Positions 1 through 8,894 are shown, numbered from the stretch's first letter. The stretch: DNA of 33,333 bases from a virus (IMGVR_UViG_3300014208_001391:1-33333), one strand, 5' to 3'. Notes: generated from the sequence alone by a model not told the origin. Numbers and translations: made by a program.

Positions 1-109
1 GCGAGATAATGAGCGTTGTGCAACCCTAAGTTGTCTTTGTGCTGATTTTAAGAAATCTTTATTCTCGAATTTCTTTCCATCAGACGTTATTAATAAGTCT
101 TTTATTCCC
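1..109. repeat. Terminal direct repeat, copy 1 (identical to 33225-33333)
   Basis: gcgagataatgagc...gtcttttattccc is present at both window ends. Confidence 0.97.
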
Positions 110-657
110 AAATCTATTCCAACCGAAGTGGATTCAGAAATTTGTTTTTTTGTTGGAAGGTCTTGTTTTGTGTCAACCAAAATCGACACAAAATATTTGT
201 TTGTCACAGTCTTGGAAACTGTCACAGTTTTTATATCACCTTTAAATTCTCTGTGCAAGTCAATTCCAACCCACTTTAATTTGGGAATGAATATTTGTTT
301 ATTATTTTCAGAAAAACTTGTTCCCTGTGGCAAAGAAAAACTTTGTTTTCCATGTTTGTTCTTAAACTTCGGAAATCCTTTTCCACGAAAGAAAGCATGG
401 TATGCATTGTCCAAATTCCTCATTGACATTTGTAATGCCTGAGATGGAGTTTGCTTTAACCAAGTTAAATCTTCTTTTAATTCTGTTATTTGTTTGTTTA
501 AATCAAAACATGTAAGATTCTTTTTGTTTCCAGCATATGCAGCGATTTTTGTTTCCAAACCAAGATTATATACAAACCTCACCTGCCCAAATATGCTTGC
601 CATAACATTTTGTTGTTCTTCGCTTGGAAATATTCTGTATTTATATGCCTTTAACAT
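1..657 (-). CDS. tnpB: TnpB (IS200/IS605 RNA-guided endonuclease), N-terminal 219 codons; runs off the window start
   Basis: Not in the ORF track. Manual translation from the ATG at 657 gives MLKAYKYRIFPSEEQQ...RFVYN...QALQ...FFRGKGFPKFK...VGIDLGIKDL (RuvC-I Asp), open to position 1. Confidence 0.93.
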   Translation of the reverse strand, partial: MLKAYKYRIFPSEEQQNVMASIFGQVRFVYNLGLETKIAAYAGNKKNLTCFDLNKQITELKEDLTWLKQTPSQALQMSMRNLDNAYHAFFRGKGFPKFKNKHGKQSFSLPQGTSFSENNKQIFIPKLKWVGIDLHREFKGDIKTVTVSKTVTNKYFVSILVDTKQDLPTKKQISESTSVGIDLGIKDLLITSDGKKFENKDFLKSAQRQLRVAQRSLSR

Positions 658-678
658 CTTTTCTTACACATTCTATAT

Positions 679-686
679 ATAAATAT
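679..686 (-). promoter_or_regulatory. ATATTTAT motif (putative late-type promoter) upstream of tnpB
   Basis: The minus strand reads ttttacATATTTATatatag about 22 nt before the tnpB ATG. The same motif precedes the plus-strand units. Confidence 0.55.
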
Positions 687-712
687 GTAAAAATTTTATA
701 AAATCAAATTTA

Positions 713-746
713 TTTGCAACTATTTTAAATAATTTTCGTATATTTG
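713..746 (+). promoter_or_regulatory. Overlapping promoters for the sigma gene: AAC-N16-CGTA (718-740) and Bacteroidota-like TTTG-N22-TATATTTG
   Basis: tttgcAACtattttaaataattttCGTAtatttg. Confidence 0.6.
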
Positions 747-829
747 TAAAAACAACAGAAATTCACCCAAACCACACTGCGTGATAAATAAGTTTTTTCT
801 AAAATTTTATAAACTAACACCTCCATTAA

Positions 830-1723
830 ATGAAATCATTAAAAATCACCAAGCAGATCACAAGAAGAGAAACCCAATCTTTTGTAAGATATCTTCAAGA
901 GATATCAAAAATGAACAGAAACAACACATTAACTCCAGAACAAGAAGCTGATTTAGCAGAAAGAATAAAAAAAGGAGACAAAAAGGCTGAAAATGAATTA
1001 ATAGAAAAAAATCTAAAGTTTGTAATCAGTGTAGCCAAACAATTACAATATGAAGGATGTCCAATAGAAGATCTTGTAAGTGAAGGTAACTGCGGACTTA
1101 TTAAAGCGGCCAGAAAGTATGATGCATCAAGAGGTTGTAAATTTATTTCTTATGCAGTTTGGTGGATTAGGCAATCTATTTTGTGTTATTTAAATGAAAA
1201 CGCAAGGACAATTCGACTTCCTCTTAACAAAATCGTTCAACTGAAAAAAATAAAAAAAATTCAGGATGCATTTGAACAAGAACATCAAAGAAAGCCTTCA
1301 ACAGAAGAAATAATCGAATCTTTGGAGTTTGAAATAAGCACAGAAGATTTGGATAATATGTTTTTGATTGATAAAGGTATCCAATCTTTAAACGTAGAAA
1401 TAACAAGCAATAATTCTTCTAAATCAGATGCATTTACTTTAGAAGATTTGCTTGCAGATTATGCTTCTAAAAAAACAGACGAAAAACTAGAAGAAGACGA
1501 CTTAAAAAACCTTGTTGGTAAAATTTTAAACAAAATCCCCGAAAAACATAAAATTGTTATTGAATTACATTACGGATTAACTGGTCAAGAACCAAAAAGC
1601 TTGGATGAAATTGCAAATTATCTTAATTTATCCAAAGAAAGAATAAGACAAGTAAAAAATTCAGCTATCAGATGTCTGGGAAGCAAAAGGAACTTCAACA
1701 TCGTTCAACCATACTTAAAATAG
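830..1723 (+). CDS. rpoD: RNA polymerase sigma-70 factor, Bacteroidetes RpoD/SigA type (no region 1.1)
   Basis: MKSLKITKQITRRE..YLQEI start, NLKFVISVAKQ, DLVSEGN.GLIKAA, KFISYAVWWIRQSI, RTIRLP, and a region-4 HTH (SLDEIA..LNLSKERIRQ). Confidence 0.92.
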   Translation: MKSLKITKQITRRETQSFVRYLQEISKMNRNNTLTPEQEADLAERIKKGDKKAENELIEKNLKFVISVAKQLQYEGCPIEDLVSEGNCGLIKAARKYDASRGCKFISYAVWWIRQSILCYLNENARTIRLPLNKIVQLKKIKKIQDAFEQEHQRKPSTEEIIESLEFEISTEDLDNMFLIDKGIQSLNVEITSNNSSKSDAFTLEDLLADYASKKTDEKLEEDDLKNLVGKILNKIPEKHKIVIELHYGLTGQEPKSLDEIANYLNLSKERIRQVKNSAIRCLGSKRNFNIVQPYLK

Positions 1724-1745
1724 AAAGAATTTCTTTCCCAACATT

Positions 1746-1776
1746 AAGCCAGGTGATTTTTTCACTTGGCTTTTTT
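1746..1776 (+). terminator. Intrinsic terminator after the sigma gene
   Basis: aagccaggtga / tcacttggctt stem followed by a T run. Confidence 0.75.
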
Positions 1777-1811
1777 ATTTATTTTTCTTATATTTAAAAA
1801 TAAAAAAACAT

Positions 1812-2513
1812 ATGGAAAAAAATAACTTTAAAAATTTGCTCACAGACTTGTATAACATATACAACCCAGCAAACACACAATATATCGATGATTTAGTTGA
1901 AAGATACAGTAGACTTGAATTCGATGCTTTAAAAAATGTTTTTATTAAATATAATAGAAAATCTGCAGCGTATTATGATCCAGAAGTTGGAACAGATGAT
2001 TATATCTATAAACTAATCAAAGAATATGAAGCAGGATTGAGAAGCTTGGAAAATATAAAGTTACAAGATCAAATAACGGAAAAACCAGAAGTAATTGAAA
2101 AAAAAGCTGTTCTTGAAGGATTTAAAGAAATTCAAGATGCTCAGAATGGAATAAAAGAAGAAGTTAAAGGTGAAGTTGATAAAAAAATACAAGATATAGA
2201 AAAATCATTTGAGGAAAAACAGGAAAGCCTTAAAAAAGCATTAGAAACGATTTACAAGGATTTCGAAAAAAGACTATGCGCACTCAAAGAAAGTAAAGAT
2301 GATGTCACAATTCGAATCTTTTCCACTTATACAAACTCAGAACTGGACCTCCCTAACAAAAAAATAATAGCTGGACTTGGAAAAGGATCCAGATTAATTA
2401 TAAAAGACAAAGATAATAAAACGGTTGGTTTGGAAATTGTAGACATAACTTATGATGGAATTTCTGATCTTGACGGAAAACCTCTAGTGGAAATATTCGT
2501 TGATAAAGTTTAA
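1812..2513 (+). CDS. Hypothetical protein with a central coiled coil
   Basis: 233-aa ORF with an E/K-rich heptad-like middle, flanked by terminators. Confidence 0.75.
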   Translation: MEKNNFKNLLTDLYNIYNPANTQYIDDLVERYSRLEFDALKNVFIKYNRKSAAYYDPEVGTDDYIYKLIKEYEAGLRSLENIKLQDQITEKPEVIEKKAVLEGFKEIQDAQNGIKEEVKGEVDKKIQDIEKSFEEKQESLKKALETIYKDFEKRLCALKESKDDVTIRIFSTYTNSELDLPNKKIIAGLGKGSRLIIKDKDNKTVGLEIVDITYDGISDLDGKPLVEIFVDKV

Positions 2514-2516
2514 AAC

Positions 2517-2544
2517 AAAAAAAGGGGCTAAGTGCCCCCTTTTT
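2517..2544. terminator. Bidirectional intrinsic terminator
   Basis: A run, ggggc-taagt-gcccc stem-loop and T run between convergent genes. Confidence 0.7.
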
Positions 2545-2562
2545 ATAAACGAGAAGATGTGA

Positions 2563-2772
2563 TTAGAAAGCTTTTTTAGCCTGTTTATTAGAAATAGCAG
2601 CCAATGCTTTTTCTTTTGAAATCATTGCACACATTGAATTTCCATCTTTGTCTTCTCCTTTAATCATAAATCCACCTTTTGACGTTTGATGAACTTCTGC
2701 CAACACAAATTCTCTTTTTTCTTTTGCCTTCATTGAGTAACCCATTAAAGGCTCGATCTTTTCTTTTGCCAT
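2563..2772 (-). CDS. Small basic hypothetical protein (69 aa, MAKEKIEP...)
   Basis: The ORF track starts at 2832. The ATG at 2772 is preferred because a promoter lies at 2803-2833. Confidence 0.7.
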   Translation of the reverse strand: MAKEKIEPLMGYSMKAKEKREFVLAEVHQTSKGGFMIKGEDKDGNSMCAMISKEKALAAISNKQAKKAF

Positions 2773-2802
2773 AATAATATAATTTAAGTTTGTTTTAAAA
2801 AT

Positions 2803-2833
2803 CAAATATATAAAATTATATTGATAAAACAAA
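2803..2833 (-). promoter_or_regulatory. Bacteroidota housekeeping-type promoter TTTG-N19-TATATTTG
   Basis: Plus strand has caaatata at 2803-2810 and caaa at 2830-2833. Confidence 0.65.
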
Positions 2834-2904
2834 GAAAAACAAAGAATATTTATATTAATATGTATTTTTTATTTTCTTATTCCTATATTTACAAAAAAAT
2901 TAGC

Positions 2905-3045
2905 ATGTCAAAGAAAAAAACAAAAAAAATATCAATATCAATTTCTCCAGAAGTAGAAAAAAAGTTAGCACAAGGATTTGTTAATTGTAATAAACTTATA
3001 AATCAACTTCTTAGTGAATATTTAAACAAAACAATAACAAAATAA
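2905..3045 (+). CDS. Small RHH-like DNA-binding protein, cassette 1 ORF A (46 aa)
   Basis: MSKKKTKKISISISPEVEKKL...NCNKLINQLLSEYL: an alternating beta strand plus two helices. Homologous to the ORFs at 20364 and 24056. Confidence 0.7.
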   Translation: MSKKKTKKISISISPEVEKKLAQGFVNCNKLINQLLSEYLNKTITK

Positions 3046-3097
3046 TTATGGATTTCCATAATTTTATTTTTCTACATATTTATAACAAACGAAAAAA

Positions 3098-3280
3098 ATG
3101 TATACTATGGGTAGAAAAAAAATTAACTCAAAAGAAAAAAAGAAAATACTAACAATTAACATTGAATCTGATTCATATAAAAGATTCGAAATTTTGAATA
3201 TTAAAAACAAATCTAAATTTTTTAATTGGTTACTTGAAGAACATTTTGGAATAATTAATTTTACTGAAGAATATGAATAA
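3098..3280 (+). CDS. Small RHH-like DNA-binding protein, cassette 1 ORF B (likely start 3107)
   Basis: MGRKKINSKEKKKILTINI...NKSKFFNWLLEEHF. Homologous to the ORFs at 20584 and 24260; overlaps the nuclease start. Confidence 0.75.
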   Translation: MYTMGRKKINSKEKKKILTINIESDSYKRFEILNIKNKSKFFNWLLEEHFGIINFTEEYE

Positions 3281-4142
3281 ATTCACATTTATATATGGTT
3301 TAAAAGAGATTGGTGGAGAAATAAGATATGTTGGCAAAACAAATAACCCAAAGAAAAGATTTAACGACCACATGAAAAATTACAAAAAAAGCAAATCTCA
3401 TAAAAATAGCTGGATTAAATATTGTAAAAACAATGGAATTAAAATAGAAATGGTTATTTTAGAGAAAGTTGATTGCTCAAAATGGCAACAACGTGAAATA
3501 TTTTTTATTTCTCATTTTAAAAATTTAACTAATCATAAAAAAGGAGGGGAGGGAGGGTCAACAAACATAAACACGCTAAATTATACAGATGCTTGTGAGT
3601 GGGTAAAAAAATGCAACCTAAACATAGTAAGTAGCGCTATGTGGCACAAATTACATAAAGAGAAAAAAATTCCAGATTTTTTGCCAGGAGACCCAAGAAT
3701 AACATATAAAAACTTTGGGTGGAAATCTTGGAACATATTCTTAGGAACAAATTATATTTGCAATATTATAAAACACAAAAATTATATTAAATTTGAGGAT
3801 GCTGTATCATTTGTAAGACAGTTGAGTATAAAATCATCAAGAAAATGGAATATTTGGCATGAAATAAATAAACCTAAAAATATTCCAAAGTATCCACATT
3901 CAGCATATAAAGAATGGAAGGGGTGGGAATACTTTTTGGGAACAGACCCAAAACGTTCTAATAATTATATGTCATATGAAGAATCTAAAAAATTCATAAA
4001 GAAATTTAATTTTAATAACCGCAAGCAGTTCTACAATTGGATTAGAAAAATCGAGTCTTTAGAAACAAAAGTCCCAAGATCTCCAGATAGAGTTTATGAA
4101 AATTGTGGTTGGACAAATTGGAAAGATTTTTTAGGATATTAA
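3273..4142 (+). CDS. GIY-YIG homing-type endonuclease with 3 C-terminal 'integrase repeat'-like units
   Basis: FIYGL...IRYVGKTNNPKKRF..H, catalytic E (QREIFFI), NLTN..GGEG; repeats of P..P...YK..GW..W..FLG. Confidence 0.85.
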   Translation: MNKFTFIYGLKEIGGEIRYVGKTNNPKKRFNDHMKNYKKSKSHKNSWIKYCKNNGIKIEMVILEKVDCSKWQQREIFFISHFKNLTNHKKGGEGGSTNINTLNYTDACEWVKKCNLNIVSSAMWHKLHKEKKIPDFLPGDPRITYKNFGWKSWNIFLGTNYICNIIKHKNYIKFEDAVSFVRQLSIKSSRKWNIWHEINKPKNIPKYPHSAYKEWKGWEYFLGTDPKRSNNYMSYEESKKFIKKFNFNNRKQFYNWIRKIESLETKVPRSPDRVYENCGWTNWKDFLGY

Positions 4143-4160
4143 TTTTTACATCTCTTTAAA

Positions 4161-4637
4161 TCAATAATTTTTTAGCTCATCACGCAATTTTGTCAAAACT
4201 TTTCCTAAAAGATTCTGTCCAGGCCAGTTTTTAGGATCAGTTTTCTTTGCTGCATCTTCATCTAACCCAATACCCCAAATTTTATCGTAAGGAGACGATT
4301 CTACAAATTCACCATCTTCTGCAAGCAACGCTTTATTAAGTTTTTCGTTCTGTGTAAATTTTGCCTTACAAGCAGAGAATACAACATCGAACCTAACTTT
4401 TTCCCAGAGTTCTTCCTTGTAATTTTTAACCTCTCTTCCAAGAGCCTTTATGGTTCTAGGATCAGAAGTTGACATAATCTTATTTGCTGTATCAAAATCA
4501 TGCATTAAAACAGCTTTAGACCACATCATATACTGTTCTACGTTTTGATACTTAACTCCATCAATCTCAAATTTAGATTCATGCCAATTTGAAAATGGGG
4601 ATGCTGTTTTCCAAAAAAATACATACTTTTTTTCCAT
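4161..4637 (-). CDS. NADAR (YbiA/RibX-like) family protein
   Basis: FSNW, VEQYMM.SKA, K.LGREV, KF.QN, E.SPYD.IWGIG, GQNLLGKVL..LR. Confidence 0.92.
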   Translation of the reverse strand: MEKKYVFFWKTASPFSNWHESKFEIDGVKYQNVEQYMMWSKAVLMHDFDTANKIMSTSDPRTIKALGREVKNYKEELWEKVRFDVVFSACKAKFTQNEKLNKALLAEDGEFVESSPYDKIWGIGLDEDAAKKTDPKNWPGQNLLGKVLTKLRDELKNY

Positions 4638-4643
4638 AATTCA

Positions 4644-5612
4644 TTAATTGTTTTTTTTATATTTATAAGTTCTACTACCATCTCCTGCATCATCAAACGC
4701 ATTAAAGTGTTTTGTAATTTCTTTTGCAAAAGTTTCAGATTTAACATTTGCTACGACTTTTGTTTGTGAAACATCACCAGAGTCGGGGTCAATGTCTTCA
4801 AAATAAACTACAAATTCATCTTTTAAAAACTGTTCCTTTCTTTCGTGAACAGTATGTTTGTCTCCACAACCTAAACATTTACAGTTGTTCAAATCTTTAT
4901 ACTTTTCTTCTTCTCCAACTACCAGAGGATATCCAACAAGAGTAGTGCTATATTTATCAGAACCACATTTTGGACAAAGTTTATGTAGCCTTCTGTATTC
5001 CTTTCTAAAAAGGTCCGACTGAGCTGAGATTATTTTAATATCATTTAAGATTTTTGTAGCCTCTTCACGAAAATCTTCAAACGTCAAACCTTTTGGTTTA
5101 CCATATGCCTCATATATTTGTTTTTTTGCATATTCATCGTTTGGATCTTCGAACATTTCTGGTTTTACAATATATTCGCTTGCAGAACCTTCTTGGATTT
5201 TTTCCATTGCTCTAATCATACTTGAAGAAACGTGCTCAAATCTAACATCGCAAGGAATAAAAATCATTTTTAAGTCTGGTTTTTGATCAAGCATCACTCT
5301 CAATTGATTAGTTTCATAGTTAAGATCTGCTCCGTTTCTTAAACCCCTAACTATTGTAACATTGTACCCTTCATCTTCTTTGTCTTGAACATAATCCGAT
5401 AAAAATCCAGAGAATTGCTCCACTTTTTTACCAGGCAATTGAAACCTTAAAGTTTCCAGCCTGTTAATCTTTTCATCAATTTTTTTATCTGGATTTGTAC
5501 CAATAGCAACAATAACTTCATCAAATATTGCTTCTGCTTTTTTTAAAATTTCCAAATGTCCTTTGTGGAAAGGATTAAAGCTTCCTGGATAAATTGCCAA
5601 TTTCTTTTTCAT
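4644..5612 (-). CDS. coaD: Phosphopantetheine adenylyltransferase (CoaD)-like HxGH nucleotidyltransferase with a long C-terminal extension including a Zn ribbon
   Basis: AIYPGSFNPFHKGH, IVRGLRN..D..YE, VSSSMIR; about 170 extra residues containing CPKC...CLGC. Confidence 0.75.
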   Translation of the reverse strand: MKKKLAIYPGSFNPFHKGHLEILKKAEAIFDEVIVAIGTNPDKKIDEKINRLETLRFQLPGKKVEQFSGFLSDYVQDKEDEGYNVTIVRGLRNGADLNYETNQLRVMLDQKPDLKMIFIPCDVRFEHVSSSMIRAMEKIQEGSASEYIVKPEMFEDPNDEYAKKQIYEAYGKPKGLTFEDFREEATKILNDIKIISAQSDLFRKEYRRLHKLCPKCGSDKYSTTLVGYPLVVGEEEKYKDLNNCKCLGCGDKHTVHERKEQFLKDEFVVYFEDIDPDSGDVSQTKVVANVKSETFAKEITKHFNAFDDAGDGSRTYKYKKNN

Positions 5613-5627
5613 ATTATTTTTTTAATG

Positions 5628-5954
5628 TTATGACTTTCTTTTTAATTTAATTTTTCCTCCACATACGGAACATTTGTTTTTTAACTTTTTAGCGCATTTT
5701 TCGCAAAAGTAAGTTTCATTGTGAACAGAACAATATGTCCATCTTGTCCATCCTAATTTTTTTTCTTTAATCATTTTTGTAAGCTCATCTTTTTGCTTTT
5801 CATAATTAGTCACATTCATAAACAATTCATTATTTCTCTTTCGTATTATCCCGCAACAAGAATATTCATCTTTATGCTGGATATTATCAAATTGTGACCA
5901 CCAAGCTATATTGGTTTTACATTTAAAACATTTAACGTCGTGTGTACTGCTCAT
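5628..5954 (-). CDS. Cys-rich putative zinc-binding protein
   Basis: CFKC, CC, CSVH, CEKC and CSVC motifs. Confidence 0.7.
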   Translation of the reverse strand: MSSTHDVKCFKCKTNIAWWSQFDNIQHKDEYSCCGIIRKRNNELFMNVTNYEKQKDELTKMIKEKKLGWTRWTYCSVHNETYFCEKCAKKLKNKCSVCGGKIKLKRKS

Positions 5955-5968
5955 AATTTTATTATTTA

Positions 5969-5991
5969 TACGAAAAAAATTTAAAAAAGTT
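5969..5991 (-). promoter_or_regulatory. AAC-N16-CGTA promoter (ECF-like)
   Basis: Plus strand tacg at 5969-5972, 16 nt, then gtt at 5989-5991, just upstream of the 5954 start. Confidence 0.7.
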
Positions 5992-6031
5992 TTTTTTACA
6001 TATTTATGTAATACAATAATACAAAAAAAAT

Positions 6032-6916
6032 ATGAAAAATCAAAAAAATGATGTAATTAAATTTGCCAAAGACTTTGCAGTTGCTCTTAATCCTTATACA
6101 AATGTGTTTCAAAAAATTGAATTGTATGATTATCAAAAAAAATTATTAAAAACTTTTGAAAAAGAAAAATATACAATTATAAAACAAAGCAGACAGGTTG
6201 GAATCGATTTAACTGCCGCAATATATATTGCTTATTATATAATGAAAAACTCAAAAAAAACAATTCTTGTAATATCTGAAAATTTTGATGGTTCAGTAAA
6301 TTTTTTAGAAAAAGTAAGAAAAATTCTGCTTCATGCTACAGAAAATTTATATATAGATTCCAAAGAGAACATTTCCATAAACAATTTGAAAAAAATTGAA
6401 CTTAATAATGGAAGCAAAGTTTTTGCATTACCAGCAAATGAAAATTCATTGAGAGGAATTGATCATGTAGATTTGTTATTTATAAATAATTTAGAATACA
6501 TTAAAAATGCTAATGATATTTGGGCGTCTTTAGGAATTCCTTTGTGTATGACAAACGGGAAAGCAATTCTTTCATCAACACCAAAATACAAAAAAGAATT
6601 TTTTCATTCATTGTGGACAAATGCTATAAAAAAAGAAAATGGTTTTAAACCCATAAATGTTTCCTGGAATCAAAATCCACATTTTGGCAATGAATGGTAT
6701 GAGAAAATGTGCAGAAATTTTAATTATGACAAAAACACAATAAAAACTGAATTGGATGGAAAGTTTATTTCAAGAAAAGATAAAAAGAAAAAATCAGCAA
6801 TAAATATAAGAGTTGACCAAGAAGATAAACAAAGAATTTTAGATAGGATGAAACAAAAAAAAATAAGCTCCATAACAGATTATATCATAGAGCTTATTAA
6901 TAACGATTTAAAATAA
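6032..6916 (+). CDS. Terminase large-subunit ATPase-like protein (degenerate) with a C-terminal RHH-like tail and no nuclease domain
   Basis: LYDYQ Q-motif, KQSRQVGID (Walker A-like), NGSKV, SLRG, LLFINN (Walker B DE replaced by NN), ILSSTP; tail KSAINIRVDQEDK...SITDYIIELI. Confidence 0.75.
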   Translation: MKNQKNDVIKFAKDFAVALNPYTNVFQKIELYDYQKKLLKTFEKEKYTIIKQSRQVGIDLTAAIYIAYYIMKNSKKTILVISENFDGSVNFLEKVRKILLHATENLYIDSKENISINNLKKIELNNGSKVFALPANENSLRGIDHVDLLFINNLEYIKNANDIWASLGIPLCMTNGKAILSSTPKYKKEFFHSLWTNAIKKENGFKPINVSWNQNPHFGNEWYEKMCRNFNYDKNTIKTELDGKFISRKDKKKKSAINIRVDQEDKQRILDRMKQKKISSITDYIIELINNDLK

Positions 6917-6972
6917 AAAAATTTTATCATATTTATAATAAACCCATCCTCCTGGGTAAAAACTTTATAATT

Positions 6973-8073
6973 ATGAAAACTACCTATATTTACGGATTAT
7001 ATGTAACAGAAAACAACATAAGATATGTTGGAAAAACTAACAATCTTAACAAACGACTGTATGAACATGTTCTAAATTCTAAACATAAGAAGACACACAA
7101 AGATATTTGGATACAAAAAGAGCTACGTAATGGAAATGAAATAAAAATTATTTTATTAGAAGAAGTGTCTTGTGAAAAATGGCAAGATGCAGAAATAAAA
7201 TATATTGAAAAATATAAAAACAACAAATTAACCAATCACGCTAAGGGTGGAATTGGAGGAAGGTTGGAGTTTTATAAAATTAGTTATGATAAAGCTAAAA
7301 TATGGGTAAAAGAAAATTTAGTTTGCAAATCGGGTAACGAATGGGATAAATTAAATAAAAAAAATAAAATACCAAACTTCGTTCCAAAAAGCCCATATGA
7401 GCACTACAAAAATAAAGGATGGATAAGTTGGGGAGATTTTCTTGGAACCAATAAAAGTCAAGATAATCTACTTGCTCTTATTTATATTTCTTATGAAAAT
7501 GCAAAAAAAATTATAAGAAATTTAAACATAAGAACTCAAAAGGAATGGAAAAACTTGGCACAAGGAAACAACATCCCAAAAGAAATTCCAAACAGACCTG
7601 AAAGATATTACAAAAAAAGAGGGTGGATATCATGGGGAGATTTCCTAGGTACAAATAGAATATCAAATAAAAACAAAAAGTTTATTTCTTATAAAGAAAC
7701 AATTTTGTGGTTAAAAAACAACAATATATCTTTAAATTCTATAGAAGATTGGAGACATTTTTACAAAAATTTAAAGCCACAATTTATCCCCTCAAATCCA
7801 GACAAAGAATACAAAAACAAAGGATGGGAAAGTTGGGGTGTTTTTTTAGGAACAAACAAAATTTCAGATAATTTAAAACACAAAAACTATATGAGCTTTG
7901 ATGATGCTGTTAATTTTGCAAGGAAACTAAACATAAAATCAATGCGTGAATGGAAAATATGGCATTTAAAAAATTTTCCAGAGAACATTCCATTAAACCC
8001 AGATTTGAGTTATAAAAAATTTTGGAAAGGATCTTCATATTTTTTAGGAAAAAGTTCTAAATACTATAGATGA
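6973..8073 (+). CDS. GIY-YIG homing-type endonuclease with 4 'integrase repeat'-like units
   Basis: YIYGL..NIRYVGKTNNLNKRLYEH, AEIKYI, LTNHAKGG; repeated YKNKGWISWGDFLGT. Paralog of 3273-4142. Confidence 0.87.
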   Translation: MKTTYIYGLYVTENNIRYVGKTNNLNKRLYEHVLNSKHKKTHKDIWIQKELRNGNEIKIILLEEVSCEKWQDAEIKYIEKYKNNKLTNHAKGGIGGRLEFYKISYDKAKIWVKENLVCKSGNEWDKLNKKNKIPNFVPKSPYEHYKNKGWISWGDFLGTNKSQDNLLALIYISYENAKKIIRNLNIRTQKEWKNLAQGNNIPKEIPNRPERYYKKRGWISWGDFLGTNRISNKNKKFISYKETILWLKNNNISLNSIEDWRHFYKNLKPQFIPSNPDKEYKNKGWESWGVFLGTNKISDNLKHKNYMSFDDAVNFARKLNIKSMREWKIWHLKNFPENIPLNPDLSYKKFWKGSSYFLGKSSKYYR

Positions 8074-8164
8074 ATTAAAAGATTGCCAAAAAACTTTACT
8101 CAAAGACCATATATAAAATATAAAAACAAAAGATGAGTAAATGTTAAAGATTTTTTGAAAAACT

Positions 8165-8192
8165 AAAAAAAGGCTTTTAAGAGCCTTTTTTT
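8165..8192. terminator. Bidirectional terminator overlapping the clpP stop
   Basis: aaaaaaaggct-tttaag-agccttttttt. Confidence 0.65.
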
Positions 8193-8851
8193 ACTAAAAC
8201 AGTGTCAATTAAGCCATATTTCTTTGCTTCTTCGGCAGACATAAAATAATCCCTATCGCAATCTTTTTCTATTTGCTTAAAAGTTTTTCCTGTTTTTTCT
8301 GCTAATAAATCATACAAAGAATTTCTCACTTTTTTTGCTTCTTCAATTTGTATAGACATTTCTGTGAAATCTCCTTCTAAACCACCTGATATTTGATGTA
8401 TCATAGTTCTAGAACGTTTTAAAGCCCTTCGCTTTTCTTTCTCTCCACATGCCAATATTACCGCAGCCATAGAAGCACATGTTCCCATGTTAACCGTAGA
8501 AACTGATGCAGTAATCATTTCCATTACATCTATGATGGAATTTCCACCACTGACACTACCTCCGCCACTATTAATATAAATATTTATATCACTCTCGGAA
8601 TTAACCGAATCTAAAAATAACATTTGGGCACATAATACATTTGCGAACTCATCTGTAATTGGCATTCCAAGAATAAGAATTCTATCTTGCATAAGTCTAT
8701 CAAAAACAGACATTATGGCCATATTTTTAGTTGCTTCTAAAACAACATTTGGAGTCATTGAAACAGTTTTCATTGCACCCTCATAACGATGCAGCGACAT
8801 GCTACTAATACGCCTATGCTTAATAGCATATTTTTCAAATTCATTTTTCAT
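8177..8851 (-). CDS. clpP: ATP-dependent Clp protease proteolytic subunit
   Basis: YINSGGGSV, CASMAA (Ser), MIHQ (His), DRDYFMSAEEAKKYGLID (Asp); Bacteroidetes-like N-terminus (EFEKYA.KH). Confidence 0.95.
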   Translation of the reverse strand: MKNEFEKYAIKHRRISSMSLHRYEGAMKTVSMTPNVVLEATKNMAIMSVFDRLMQDRILILGMPITDEFANVLCAQMLFLDSVNSESDINIYINSGGGSVSGGNSIIDVMEMITASVSTVNMGTCASMAAVILACGEKEKRRALKRSRTMIHQISGGLEGDFTEMSIQIEEAKKVRNSLYDLLAEKTGKTFKQIEKDCDRDYFMSAEEAKKYGLIDTVLVKKGS

Positions 8852-8894
8852 TTTGCTTAATTTTAATTTAGTGATTGTTTTAAATTTTTTATTA

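Noticed and set aside
39-682. Plus-strand ORFs 39-245, 128-442 and 494-682
   Set aside because: Antisense shadows of the minus-strand tnpB, which the ORF track missed because it runs off the edge.
6032-6916. Functional packaging terminase large subunit
   Set aside because: Walker B lacks the acidic residues, there is no nuclease domain, and no portal or capsid genes are nearby. Reported as a degenerate paralog instead.
8095-8141. 8-bp inverted repeat tttactca...tgagtaaa
   Set aside because: Short, AT-rich and single, so compatible with chance.
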